DNA of 64,000 bases from Adineta vaga (taxonomy: Eukaryota; Animalia; Rotifera). Both the position numbers and the translations under genes were made by a program. The DNA is taken from the NCBI GenBank assembly GCA_021613535.1, contig CP075494.1, forward strand, positions 9,114,001-9,178,000. Direction: 5' to 3'. Positions 42,693 through 56,472 of this stretch are shown one piece after another; within the stretch, counting starts at the first letter, position 1; every line of letters starts with the position of its first letter. The notes under the pieces were generated by a model. The model was given only the letters and a program-made list of their open reading frames with translations, was not told the origin of the DNA and did not search any database.

Positions 42693-45490
42693 ATGGCGAC
42701 TAGTATATCTGATATTTCAGAGAATACTAATACACAAAACAGCATCGATCTACAAAGAATACAAAATATTCTTCTTATCTGGTTGGATAAGAGTATGAAT
42801 ATCAATAAAGAAGATTGTCAGAATGTCTTAACGCAGCTGCGAGATGTTGTTTTTAATGTAGAAACATTTATCGACGATGACAAATGTGTTAAATTTATTC
42901 AAACTATTACTAATCATAGAACTTGTATAATCGTATCAGATTCATCAGGACAACGTATCGTACCTATTGTGCACAATATGTTCCAAGTGGAGTGTATATT
43001 CATCTTTTGCGACTACCAAGTATATTCGGAAGAGTGGACCAGAAAATGGCCCAAGATCAAAGGTATATCTCGAAAAATCACAACTATTTGTAAAACTTTG
43101 AAACAAATAGTGCAAGAATGTGAGCAGAGTGCCATACCGATTAGCTTTATCGCACCAAATACGAACCCGAGTCAAATAAATTCATCTTTTATGTATATTC
43201 AAATATTGAAAGAAATTTTATTAACAATCCAATTTAAAGGAGAACACATGGCAGAATTCATCGATTATTGTAAACGTGTATTTGCTGGCAATAAAGAAGT
43301 ATTAAAAAATGTGGAAGATTTAAAACGCAATTATCAGAAGAAAATGCCAATAACCTGGTATAAAAATGATAGTTTTCTTTATTCGATGCTTAATCGTGCT
43401 CTAGGATTAATGGATGGAGATATGATTATACGAATGGGATTTTTTATTGCTGATCTACATCAATATATTGAAAAACGACATAGAGAAGAACCGTCTCCCA
43501 AGTTTTCTTCTCAAACGTACACAATTTTTCGTGGTCAAGGTTTATCGAAAGCTAATTTTGAACAATTAGTAAAAGCAAAACGTGGATTGATTTCATTCAA
43601 TAATTTTCTATTCATGACCAGAATTTATCAAATATCATTTCGTTCTGCTGAAATAGCAGCAAAAAGTCCAGATTTTGTTGGAGTTATTTTTGTCATTCGA
43701 ATTGATTCCACTCAGTCCATTACACCATTTACTTCTGTCTCTGATCCAAACAGCTCTCAAAGTCAGAATGAGTTCATTTTTTCTATGCAAGCTATGTTTC
43801 GTATCGAGAATATTGAATCAATGGATAAAAACAATCGACTCTACAAAATTATCTTATTACTTATTCCTAAGAATGATGAACATTTATGTTTACTTACTCA
43901 GTGTATTCAACAAGTGAGCTCTTCAGAAGCAGAAAACTGGAATCGATTGTGTATAGTATTGAAAAATATGGGCCAATATAAGAAAGCCAAAGAAATTTAT
44001 GAAATCCTTCTTGATCAAACAATTCATGAGAGTGAGAAAGCGCACATTTATTATCACCTGGGTTTGATCAACTACAGGGAAGGAAATTATTCAGAGGCAA
44101 TGGAATTGTACAGAAAATCTCTTGACATTCATGAAAAAACGTTTCCTCTTAATCATCGTAATTTGGCTCTCTGTTACAACAATATGGGTCTAGTACACTA
44201 CGACAAAGGTGAGTATCAAAAAGCACTTTCTTACTATGAAAAAGCTCTTACTACTCAACAAGAATCACTTGCTCTCGATCATCCCGATTTAGCAATATCC
44301 TACAATAACATCGGCACTGTGTATTCCAGTATAAATGATTATAAACAAGCATTATCATATTACAACAAAGCTCTCGCCATTTCCCTCAAACCACTACCTT
44401 TTAATCTCCTAGTTTAATCATATCTTACAATAATATTGGCACCGTATACTCCAACATGAATGATGATTCACAGGCATTGTCACATTACCAAAAAGCTCTC
44501 CAGATTCAACAGCAATCATTACCTTTCGATCTTTTTGGAATGACTTCGCCTTTTATCAACATCGGTAACGTGTATAACAGTAAGCGTGATTATCCAAAAG
44601 CACTTTCTTATTACGAGCGAGATCTTGAAGTTAGTCAACGGACACTTCATTCTAATCATCCAAATTTGGCTGTAGCTTACAACAATATCGGTACTGCGTA
44701 TTTCAGCACTGACAACTATTCAAAAGCACTTTCATACTATGAAAAAGCTCTTGAAATTCAAGAACAATTATTGCCTCCAGATCATTCGGATTTATTTATG
44801 TCATACACTAATATTGGTACTGCCCATCGTAACTTAAATAATTATCCGGCGGCACTTTCATTTCTCAATAAAGCACATGCTATAATGGAAAAAACATTTC
44901 CTTCCGATGATCCTAGTTGGGTCACATCATACAACAGCATTGGCGAGGTTCAGTACAAAATGAAAGATTATCCCGAAGCACTTTCATCCCACAAAAAAGC
45001 TCATAGTGTTCTGGAAAAAGTATACCCTTCTGATTATCCAGAATTAGTTGCATCATACAATAATATCGGTCGAACATACCTTATGCTGATGGACTATCCT
45101 AACGCTTTATCCTCCTATGAAAACGCTCTTGCAATTCGAAAAAACCTGCATCCGGAAAATCTTTCTGATTTGGTCCTTTCCTATAACAATCTGGGCGTGG
45201 TGTATTTTAGCATGTCCGATTATAAAAACGCACTGCTTTATTATGAAAAAGTCCTTGAAATCAGGAAAAAATTATATCATCCCAAGGACCATAGACTGGC
45301 CTGTTCTTACAATAATATCGGTAACGTATATGAAGGCATGGCAAATAACTTGAATGCTGTTTCATTTTATAAACAAGCGGTTAAAATTGGACAACAGTCA
45401 CACCTGGTATATCATTCTGATTTACAGCGATATAAAGAAAATCTTGAACGCGTGAAAAAATATTGCACTGAAGAGATATGGAACAGTTAA
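42693..45490 (+). CDS. Intronless receiver-like + ADP-ribosyltransferase-like + ~12 x 42-aa TPR protein (~930 aa if the 1-nt frameshift at ~44406 is repaired)
   Basis: LLIWLD...CIIVSD...IFIFC alpha/beta N-terminal domain; WY..DSFLYSMLNRAL, IFRGQ, ISFNNFL and QNEFIF ART-type motifs; YNNIG...AL..Y.KAL repeats continue in the second ORF, 44456-45490. Confidence 0.85.
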
Positions 45491-45879
45491 ATGATCACTA
45501 TATTTATGTACGTGAGCGGCCAATAGTTCTATCTTACTTGTACGTAATAGAAACAAAGAAGTATATTATCTTGGATGATAAAAAATACAATAATCACTCA
45601 ATGAATGTTCTCTTCATATATTTTATGGTCAGTTTTTTTTGTATGTAACTAAATATACGATGATACGGAAAACTTTCAGGACAAAGATAAATTAATAAAT
45701 ATAAGATTTTTCTGTTTAATACTTGTGATCATAATTCAACCGATTAAAGACAAGGAAATCAATAGAAATCTCTAATCTTTACAAAGCATTAAAACACTTG
45801 AAAAGTCACATTCAGACGACCTAACATTTACTTTAATACACAATACAGATACAATATGTTTTCTAATGACATGATCATT

Positions 45880-46299
45880 TTAATAAACAATTTCAGTTGA
45901 TCTTTCTGAAAAGAAAATATGAACCATTAGAAAGAAGATATTTGATTATGCTTACCATGTCGAGATTTATGAAATACAATGTATTTAAGGTACATGAGAA
46001 TTGTCACCACTGCAACAATAGCAATACAACTCAAACCAGTAATTAATAGAATCCAAGCTTCAGCAAAACCTAATCAGTATAAAACATAGAGTAAAGATAT
46101 TTTCATATACATTTCATAAAATATTAATCCTTGCCTTTTGACAAAGATTTTAGATTCAATTTCTCATAGATACGTTTACTGACATGATATAACTTCCAGT
46201 ATTGACAAGATATTTTACTATCTATTATTATTCTACAACATATACCGAATATTATCCATTTCATTTTTACATACCTAGAAGTTTGTCGGATGGTTTCAT
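45880..46299 (-). CDS. Small (~83 aa) single-pass membrane protein, 4 exons, absent from the ORF track
   Basis: Phase-compatible exons separated by ~50-65 nt introns (one GC donor) give MKPSDKLLDSKISCQYWKLYHVSKRIYEKLNLKSLSKGFAEAWILLITGLSCIAIVAVVTILMYLKYIVFHKSRHERSTEIVY*. Confidence 0.62.
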
Positions 46300-47019
46300 A
46301 TTAATCGTTTTTTTTTAATATTAAATGAATGATACACTGATCTATATAAACACGAGATTGAATAGAACACGATCTTTCGAAATCTTTTTTTCTTCTATTC
46401 ACTAGTCTCACGCTCTTTAATAGTTCCAAATCGCATGCACGTCGTCGTTTCCTTACTAGTAATTGTTAGTACTGCTCCAAAAAGCTTTTTCTTCTCATAA
46501 AAAATCTCTATTGGTAAGTATAAGAGAACGTTAAAAAAGATGATCGGATATTCTTATTTTCTCATAAAACTATGTTCCCTATTTGCTTCGATGTCTTTTC
46601 CCATTATCTAAGTATATATTTGCATAGAAAACAAAAATCATTGAACAATATTGTGATGAACAAAAAAACTAAACAAACTGTTTTTTACTCCGTTAGAGCT
46701 TAATGACAAGTGATATGAAATCTATTTTCATCCTAGACTTATCATTATAGCGGAAAGAAATGATCTTCTCTGAATTCAATGAAAAATTCAATATGATTGC
46801 AACTTCTCATGCAGGAAATATCTAGACTGTAGTAATTAGAAAGATATGAGCATATATACTCTCTTTCTAATGTTCGCTTTAGGCTGACCTCTATTCAAAT
46901 GAATATTTTGTTTTTATTGGTTAACTATCAATGAAAGAGTCAGTTTGCAAGGCGAGGAGAGAGCAAAGTAAAACTGTCATCACAGTTCGATTATTTTGTA
47001 TTTCTATCGCTTTTTTTTC

Positions 47020-47830
47020 ATGCCTATTCACGAACACATTCGAACTATATTCGTGAAAAAATCATGTTTAACTCAATCATCTTCATTAACTCATCAAATC
47101 GACAATAAGCATCAACCATATCCATGTTCCTATTGCTCAAAATTATTTGCTTCACCAAGTCATCTTTCTCGACATATGCTTATTCATACAGGTGAAAAAC
47201 CTTGTCTATGCTCTGAATGTGGTCAACAATTTAGTCAAATTTCATCTCTTGAACGTCATCAACGTACGAAACATGAAAAACTTAAAATAAACAATTCTTC
47301 AACTAATCATTTATATCAATGTACACTTTGTCATGAATATTTTTCTTTAAAACATAATTTAAAAATGCATCAAAGAAAACTACATCAAATACAAACGAAT
47401 TTCTTCTGTAATATTTGTTCAGCTTATTTTACATGTAAATCATCCTTACAAAAACATCGTAATTTTCGTCATCGATCGACAATTAAAAATCAACAATCGA
47501 CAAGTCCAGAAACTATGTCAGATAATTGGTTATCAATACACAATGATCAAGTAAGTTGCATAATATACCGAATAAGTTTAAATACATATGTATATATAAA
47601 ATTCATTTTTCCTTCAGCTCAATTCAACTGCTGATATATTCGATTCATCAACTATCTCTTCAATCACTGATCAATCGTCAATTTTTCCTACTGAAATATC
47701 TTCAATCAATAGTAATGATTTATTTAATGGCACTAATAGCAATACACAACAAATCGATTTTACCAATCAACATTCCTACCAACAACAGCATGTTCATTAT
47801 CAGATCCTCAAATGCAATGAATTAAATTGA
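47020..47830 (+). CDS. C2H2 zinc-finger protein (4 fingers, 2 exons)
   Basis: Four CxxC...HxxxH units, HTGEKP linker; GTAAG donor at 47551 and an in-frame Ser/Gln-rich last exon from 47618. Confidence 0.9.
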
Positions 47831-49166
47831 AAAGACAGCTATTATTATTTGTTTTTTTTTAATGCAAATCAAAAAGTTATTAGCAATTATTTTATTTTCT
47901 AAAGTTCTTTTTTCCAAATAATTATTGGGATCATATCATTAATATTGTCTTTAAAAACAAAACTCACATTGACTTCTTATTTATCAACGAATTTTCATTC
48001 GAGCAATATGATAGAAGAAAGAGAATCCTTATCGATTAACTATACTGAAGACTTTTCAACAGAGAAATCCGGATATGATACACCTTCTCAACTCTACATC
48101 TGTCCTAGTTTTCTTTCTAACAGGATTATTTTCGTCATTCACTGCTGTTCGATTGTTTTCTCATTACCAGTTATTCTTTTGTTTTTGTTTATACAGATTT
48201 ATATAATTATACATCACAAAATTGTAGTTCTATGTCCAACAAACATTAAACTATAGATTCATTCTTATATGATGTAAATATTAATCGAAGTTTCACACGT
48301 ACTAACAAAATATCAAACTTAAAATATGATATTATCAATATATGTTTACATATTTCTATCATCGCAAAAAATGGGTGTAACCATCTAATGACATAAAATC
48401 ATAGAAATATATTCTCTCGAGATTGACATGTGTCTGACCTAAATAATTGTTTTGTCAATTTTCGAATAGTACTTATATCAATAATACTGGTTTAGCACAA
48501 TCGTTAATGCATTTATTTCATCAAGTAAATTTAGATGTCTGACCGATAATATTTTCTTAGGTGGAATATTGATCAATAGTGTTAATTTGTCATAGAAATA
48601 CTTCAGTACTCAATAAAATTGTTGTCAAGAAAAACTGAACATTTTTGTATTATAAATTAATCGTGTAAGTTTGTTCTTCCTGTTGACAAACTATTTGTCT
48701 TTTTCGAAAGTAAAAATGGGATCAATTCGTATTTATCTTCATCAAAAAAGACTCGACAACCTTTGAAGAAAAGAATGATCTTCTATTTTTTCTCATTGCT
48801 ACGTTTTATATAATATTTATGAACTTGACCGAATTAATAAATATAAATATTTTCATAGGAAAAATCAAGCAAAGAAAAACTAATTTTTTCTTATTAAGAT
48901 ATATCACTTGGGTTTTTCTATTGCCGAGGGCTTCGAAAAAGAAAATAACAATCTAATTTCTCGTATGACATGCTTTTGCAGATGTTAGAATTTCTATCGA
49001 ACATCAGTATTCTATATTGCTATCATGCAATATTAGTAAATATTTATCACATTTGTCAAAGTAATTATTCAAATAGCACATATAATTTATCTCCAATACG
49101 TTTGCCAGATACCATTAACTTCAACGAATCTAAACTACCTCAATCAATCATTAAATGACGTCGACT

Positions 49167-49198
49167 AGAAAGAAAGAAAGAAAGAAAGAAGGAAAGAA
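49167..49198. repeat. (GAAA)n microsatellite
   Basis: Tandem GAAA units read directly. Confidence 0.8.
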
Positions 49199-51732
49199 AT
49201 GATCTAAAAAAAAGAGAAATCTTTTGGAAAAAAACGACGAAGTTTATTAAAGGAATAGTGCGAAGAACAACTTATTTATTTTGTCTAATATAATTAGGAT
49301 AATAAAGCGAAAAAAAAACGAGTTTGGAATGATGAGAGAGAAGAAAAGGGAGTAATCGAGCAGATGTTGATTAAATTAGAGTAAATAGAATATAATAAAC
49401 ACTTTCCAGGTCTATCGACAATTGAGTTGACAAGTTTAGTTGTCCGTGTGAGTACGAGCATATTCATGAAAGAGATATTAAAATATTCCTATTATCAATA
49501 GATTATCTGTAAGGAAAGAATAGTTTATATTTAACATTTAATTCTTCATTGATTTTTAATTTACTTGAAAGAAAAGAAAAGAAATAAAGTAAAGAAAGGA
49601 ATATACATTAATTATTTATAAATGGCAATGACTTTCTCTTCTATGTTCACTATTCTCATTAGAATATGTGTGGACGTATAAAAACAAAGATAAGCTATGA
49701 GTAAAATTTATTTTTCTTCTTTTTGTTATTATTATTATTATTATTATTATTCTAACATTCGCCATTTCATCATTGCTATTATTCTCAAGAAAAAGGGCGA
49801 CGATGAAGCAGAAGAAAGAACTACACAGTCAGAGACCTGTCTGATTATTTGTCACATCTCTCTGTCTTTCTTGCTCTTAATGGTCCACGCTCTGTTGCAT
49901 TGGCCATATCTCGAGTGTATTCGACATCTTCTTCTTCTACGCTTTTAGAATAATATTTGCAGCTAATACAACATTTATTATCAGAAGAATCTATATAAAC
50001 TATCCGAGATTAATTGAATGCGAATGTTAAGATTAACTAAACATCGTATGAGTTTTAAAACCGGAAAAAGCAGCATAAGAAAATCTCTGTGTATCGAACA
50101 ATGTTTTTTTTTCGTTAACGTCGTCATTAACGATTCGTTTATCTTTAATAGTCTATGATCGACATGTTTATTTCGAATATATATCAATAACAAAAGCATA
50201 GTGGAAAGACTAGTATCATTAGAATAGACTTGATATAATCTACCAGCGTTAAATATATAGTACTTAATCTTCTTTTATTAGAATTTTTGTCTATGTTTTC
50301 ATTATTCTTTATAAAGAAACGATCATATGCAATATGAAGGAAAAAAAGAAAGAGAGAGAGAGAAAAGAGATATTCTAGAAAAAATTATTCTGTCCTCTTT
50401 CAATTTCTTTTTGAAAATCTGCGATATATGAAAAAATGAAAGTAAATGGAAAAGTCATGCATAGAGAAAAGACATTTGCTTTAGAATGTGATTGAAAATA
50501 GACACTACTGGTAAGTGTTGAACGGATGTCTGTTTGCGTGTTAATTACTTATATTCAAACCTCATTCTCTTCTCTGTATTAATTATTAAGAAGATATCCG
50601 TTATTAAAGATTCACTAGTTTCCAATGCTATAAACACTAAAGCTTATTCGTGGTTGATTTGCATGCAATACCTTTTTTTCTTCATCCACGTGTAAAATTC
50701 TTTTCTTTTTCTCGTTTTCTCTTTATTTTAATGTTGAAAGAGGTTAATATCTCACTATCTCTCTCCCTTCTCTCCTTCCATAGACATTCATTCTGGAAAA
50801 AAATGAGAACATTTTCCGGCTTCGTACTATCAACTTATAGCTTGTAATTTACAGTTTGTTTTTCCGTCTTGGAGTATAGTCACACCCGTCAAACGATTAT
50901 TATCCGTATACATAGAGTTTCTTTGAAAAAGCAAGATAGTACGAACAAACAAAAATATGACTTGATCTAAAAGTACTCGATCCAATTATTGAGTGATTTA
51001 GCGACAAATAAATGAGCAAAACGAAATGATAGTAATATGGGTCTGCTATTGTCAGATTACTCGGCATATTTCCGATCACAATGAAGAACTGCCTAGTTCA
51101 TTTATATGCAGACGATAAAAATAGAAAAAAAATAAAACAACAGACGAAAGGCGACGACAGAACAATTGTAGCCTCGAAACTGTTAATAAGTCTAATCAGT
51201 GTACGATATCAATGATACTTGATCTCGACGTTTTTCATTGTTTCGTGTGGGTTAGTGTGGACTAGCAAGGGAAATCGAATGAGAGAAACGATCTTGAATG
51301 AGTTTTTGGGGTAGTAAAGGAACAGAGAACGATTGATTATCCTTTTCTGCAGTCTTTTTCCTCCTCACCCGCTGGTCTCTCGTGTTCTCCGAATAATTGC
51401 AAAGAGAGTAATAAAGAATTGACGATTCATTTCATGCATATTTAGTTCATTGATTTTCCGAAGAAAAAAAACCCGTTTTAATTGATGTTCGAGATACTCA
51501 TGATCGGTCAGCATATAGTAAGAAGCATTTTGTCAACAGTCGATCAATCATATAACCTTTCATCTTATTGTATAGCAAAGATATATCAAAATCATATTTT
51601 CTTCTCTTTAACTTTCAGATAAAACGTATATAATGCAATAATACTTGACACTCAATTGTATATTTAACCAATGTTATTTCTTATTATCAATCTAAATCAA
51701 TCATTTTCTACATTTATTAACTAAAATACGAC

Positions 51733-54700
51733 ATGTCTTCGATTAGTGCAACGTCGAATATTCTTATTGGTCATCCGACATTTAGTCGATCGATTGAATC
51801 ACATAGTAGTGCGCATTCAGGTGACACGAACTATCTGGTTGGCGTCGAGCTGGAACAGTTTGTAGTGATGATGTTGCCACGCAAACAGAAGGTGTAACTA
51901 CTGTCGGTCCTGGTGCTACGGCTACTGGTAGTGGAAGTGTATCCGGTAGTGGAAGAACTCTATTAGGTGAATTAAAACGACGACGAGACGAAACAATTGT
52001 GGATATTAGTTTGGAATCAATGAAATATAATGGAGGTAAATAGTTGTTTAATTTATTCATGAATTATAGATGACATGTATAAACATATCTAACCGAATTT
52101 TAGTGTTATTAATGGCATAAATATCTTTGTATTGAGCTTTTTTTTCTCCTAGTATGAAGAGAAAAGACGAAACAGAAAGAAGAACGCGATTGATAATTGA
52201 TCGAGAGGTTTATTTTTCTTTTTCTTCTGTAGCAATACCATTTCGTCAGTTACAACGACCTGATCGTTTACCCCGGCAAGGATCACGCCAAAGTGAATGT
52301 GACGGCTCATTGCTCGGTGATTTTATGGCAAATACATCCCAATCGAATACATCCACATGTTTACATCCAAATGCGGAAAGAAAAACGGCAATGTCATCGA
52401 CAGCAAATACTTCAAATCCAAATGATTTATCCTCTGTTGCCGTAACAAGTCCGTTAACTCATCCAAGTAGAAGAAAAAAAAGAAATATTTTTATCTATCT
52501 AAATACTTTTTATACTCATTTAGATGACACGAAAAGTGCTGAACGTTCAACACGAAAAGAATGTTATCGATTAGGACGACGAAAACTACTCTTTGAGCAA
52601 CGTCGTCAAGCATCGGATTATGCACTATTATTTGCTATGATTGGACTTTTTCTCATGGTGCTTGAGCAAGAAGTAACAATGGCTAAAATTTATGACAAGG
52701 TACGATGAATTGAAAGAATAATTAACATTCGCTAGAGGATATACAATCTCTATATATACGAAAGAGATTAAGAAAAAAGAGTGCTTCGTTAATGAATACA
52801 CTGAAGTGATCATTGATATTTGCAATAGTACGCTCTTCATAACCTTCATCTATTTTTGTTTTGTCAATAGAAAAGTTCTTTTATTTGGTACTTAATTACG
52901 ATGTTTTAGATCTCGACATTGAACATTGTATATGGAATTAGAAGAGAATATCATTTGTAACGCTTCGAAGAAGATTTATTATGTGTGAAACATTCAAAAC
53001 GCAAAAAAACACTAATGTCTTATAGATGTTTTCTTGCTTTGTGCATTCATTTCACTCAATGAGTTTGCACTTTCTTCTTCAATCTTTTCTCCCAGTTAAT
53101 GCCATAGTTATTCATCTGAACAGTGCCTACAAAACAACAAAAGAGAACGAAAGGGAGAGAGAGAGAAAGAAATATCTGCCTTGGAGAACAGATTAGCATA
53201 TCATAAGATTTGTGCAAGAAAAAAAAATGAAAATAATTCATTTCTAAAATTGATTTTCTTTAGAAGCATTGGTGCTCGTTATTAGTCAAATCATGTATAA
53301 GTTTATCTACAATAATTTTAGTTGCAATGATTATTCTTTATCATACATTGGAAGTTAAAGTAAACTAGATCAAATTTCATTCGATAGATTCTTGTCAGTT
53401 TTGTTTTCGATAGTTATTTATGATTGATAATTGTTTGGAAGATTGGCGAATAGCTTTAACTTGGCAACGTTTATTTCAAATCGGTGCTGAAGTTACAAGT
53501 AAAATGACATTTATATAGAGAATCATCTTTTGAATTCATTTCATATCTCTCTAGTTTGTGCTATTCATCCGATTCCTGGAAATTTTCAATTCAAATGGAC
53601 TACTCATATGTCCAATAAAGCAGATCATCATTCAATTTTAAAAACAACTCATGTTTATATTGATATTCTACTTTCATTACCAATGTTCTTTCGACTATAC
53701 TTAATATGTCGCGTAATGCTTTTACATAGCAAATTATTTACAGGTTAGAACTTTAATTTGTTTTTCACAAAAAAGAGAATAAAAAATATGAATGTCTTCG
53801 TTTTTTTGCTCTTAATCAATAGATGCTTCATCAAGAAGTATTGGAGCTTTCAATCGAATTAAATTTAATACTGCATTCGTATTAAAAACCTTGATGACAA
53901 TATGTCCGGGAACAGTTTTATTGGTTTTTATTCTTTCATTATTTATCATCGCTAGTTGGACATTAAGAGCATGTGAAAGGTAGGAGAAAAACTTTGTTTA
54001 TCAATGAGATTATTTATGAATATTTTTCTTAGTAATCACGATCCAAAACATCATGGAAATCTTCTCAATTCAATGTGGTTAGTAGCGATTACATTTCAGC
54101 CATTGGATATGGTGATTTAGTTCCAAATACTTATTGTGGTCGAGCTATTTGTGTTGCATCTGGTGTCATGGTATGAACATTTTTATTGTTGTTGTTGTTG
54201 TTGTTGTTGACGATAGTATTCAGACAAGAAAATATTTGCACCTAGAGATTAGTTCTATAAATTAGAATTCTTTGAGATAAACACGCAAGTCATCAGAGAT
54301 ATATGTAACTAATAAATTTAAATAAAAGATAACTCATCGATGTGTTTGTGAAGATGACATTTTATGTATTATTCATGAATGTAGGTATCAACATGCGCAA
54401 AAGTAGTATCCCCATCAGTATTTTACATTTTGAATATTTTGATAATAAATAAACGATTTTTTGATAACGATTGAGTTTTGTCCAATTGTATACGTCAAGA
54501 ACGCACAATTAGACAATCTAATATGAATTTTGGTCCTTGAAAAGAAGGCATATATGTCCCTATGCAATCAAGAAATTCTCTTTTCGATCTTTTGATCAAT
54601 TACTGAATATGAAAGAAAAGAAAGTCGTATTGTGCATGTCTAATAATTCCATTATTCTTATGTTAAAATAGAATTCGAACTAATTTACTCATCGTTTCTT

Positions 54701-55599
54701 TAGTTAAATCATTGAATAAATAACTGCAACTAAGTTATTCTGATACCAAACATAATCTTTCATTTTGTACTAATTTTTCTTTAGGGTGTTTGTTGCACAG
54801 CTACGATGGTTGCTGTACTTGCTCGTAAATTAGAATTAACACGTGCGGAAAAACATGTTCATAATTTTATGATGGATACGCAATTAACTAAACGAGTATG
54901 TTCATTTGCTCTTCAGTAATCATGCCATTTTGTTTTTCTCTAATTATATTTAGTTAAAAAACGCAGCAGCGAACGTCTTACGGGAAACTTGGCTGATTTA
55001 TAAATATACTAAATTAGTCAAATATATAAATACATCCAAAGTGCGAACTCATCAACGGAAATTTCTTCATGCTATTCATAGGTTAGTAATGACAAGAGAA
55101 AACACGAACTTCAATTCTAAGTATATACTTCCTTCTTTATTTAGTCTACGAAAAGTCAAATTAGATCAAAGAAAATTAACAGATAATATCAATGCTGTAT
55201 CAAGTATCACACGTGTAAAAATAATATATGTAAAGTAGATCAAAATCTTATGTTAGTCTTTTCTAGCTTCAATCATCGATATTCGATGTTGTATCACAAA
55301 TGGTCACGAATCAAGCTGAATTAGAATCAAGATTTCAAAATTTAGATTCAACAGTATCAAATTTACTAGTAAGAAATCCTTTCATTGAATTCTAGGATAG
55401 AACAATCAACGAATCTATTCTTCTATCTTTATAGTCTCAAGTAGAAAATTTACCAAACGTTGTTGCATCGGCAGTCACCGAACAAAATAATCTCTTATGG
55501 CAACGTTTAGAATCGCATGTTCAAAGACAATTGATGCCAAATCAACAACCATTACCGATCATATCCGTGACTTGTCCTCAACGACAAAATACTGTGTGA
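51733..55599 (+). CDS. KCNN: Small-conductance Ca2+-activated K+ channel (SK/KCNN); apparent 1-nt deletions near 51823 and 54097
   Basis: [39 protein letters not shown], pore IGYGDLVP, calmodulin-binding [14 protein letters not shown]...[11 protein letters not shown]...HQRKFL. The N-terminal start is less certain. Confidence 0.95.
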
Positions 55600-56472
55600 T
55601 GTTTCTCATTTTATTTTCTCTCTCTCTTTCTTCATTCTTAACGAACCTGGTGCTTTATTACCAAAAAACAAAAATACACAAAATTCTTTTATTCAGACAA
55701 ATTTTCCTTTGGCGATTACATGTAACACAATCAATTGCTCAATTTATTAAACACATAGAGCACGCGACATAAAACAATCTTTTTTTTCTGTTTATTTTTA
55801 GCATATTTTCAATTTATGAATGTTGTTTGTTTCTATTGATGTTGTTTTATTTTTGTAAAATTAACAAGAAGAATAAAAAGTGATATTCATTTTTCGAGCA
55901 TCTCATTCACATATTGATGAAATTAATAAACGTTTGATAGTTTTGCATTGTCTGTCTATACACTAGACTGATTGTCCTAGATTTTATGTTTCCTTCAAAA
56001 ACAAAATCGGTAGGTATACAATCTATCTATTGAAATCATAAGTCAACTTGTCCGTTGATTTTGTTTTAAAGTAAAATAAAAAGATGTCACGGTGTTTTGC
56101 TATTCACACCGAGCAGATGAATATGAAGTGATGATTAACATTTTCTGTAGGATTTCATAACTAATCCATTCACAAAATGTATTTTGGTTTTTTTTTAATG
56201 GTTAACAAAATCAAAGGCACAAAAAGTTAATGAAATAACAAGAGAAAAAACGACTAAAGAGAAGAAGAAAAACCAAATCAACAAAAGAGGAATGTATACA
56301 TTTAACTGTATACACTATCATCCTCAAAAACAACAGAACTGCCCGCCACAGACATACAAAAACAACAATCACAATATGTTTTGTCTATGAATGGAATAAC
56401 TGAAAACAAACCCGGTGCTCCTAACAGACACGCGTACACACGCAAAAAAACAAAAGTCGAATGATGTTTTAA

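Noticed and set aside
44417-44456. Two separate genes or programmed frameshifting in the TPR region
   Set aside because: The repeat register continues across the break, no slippery heptamer is evident, and similar deletions occur in three unrelated exons.
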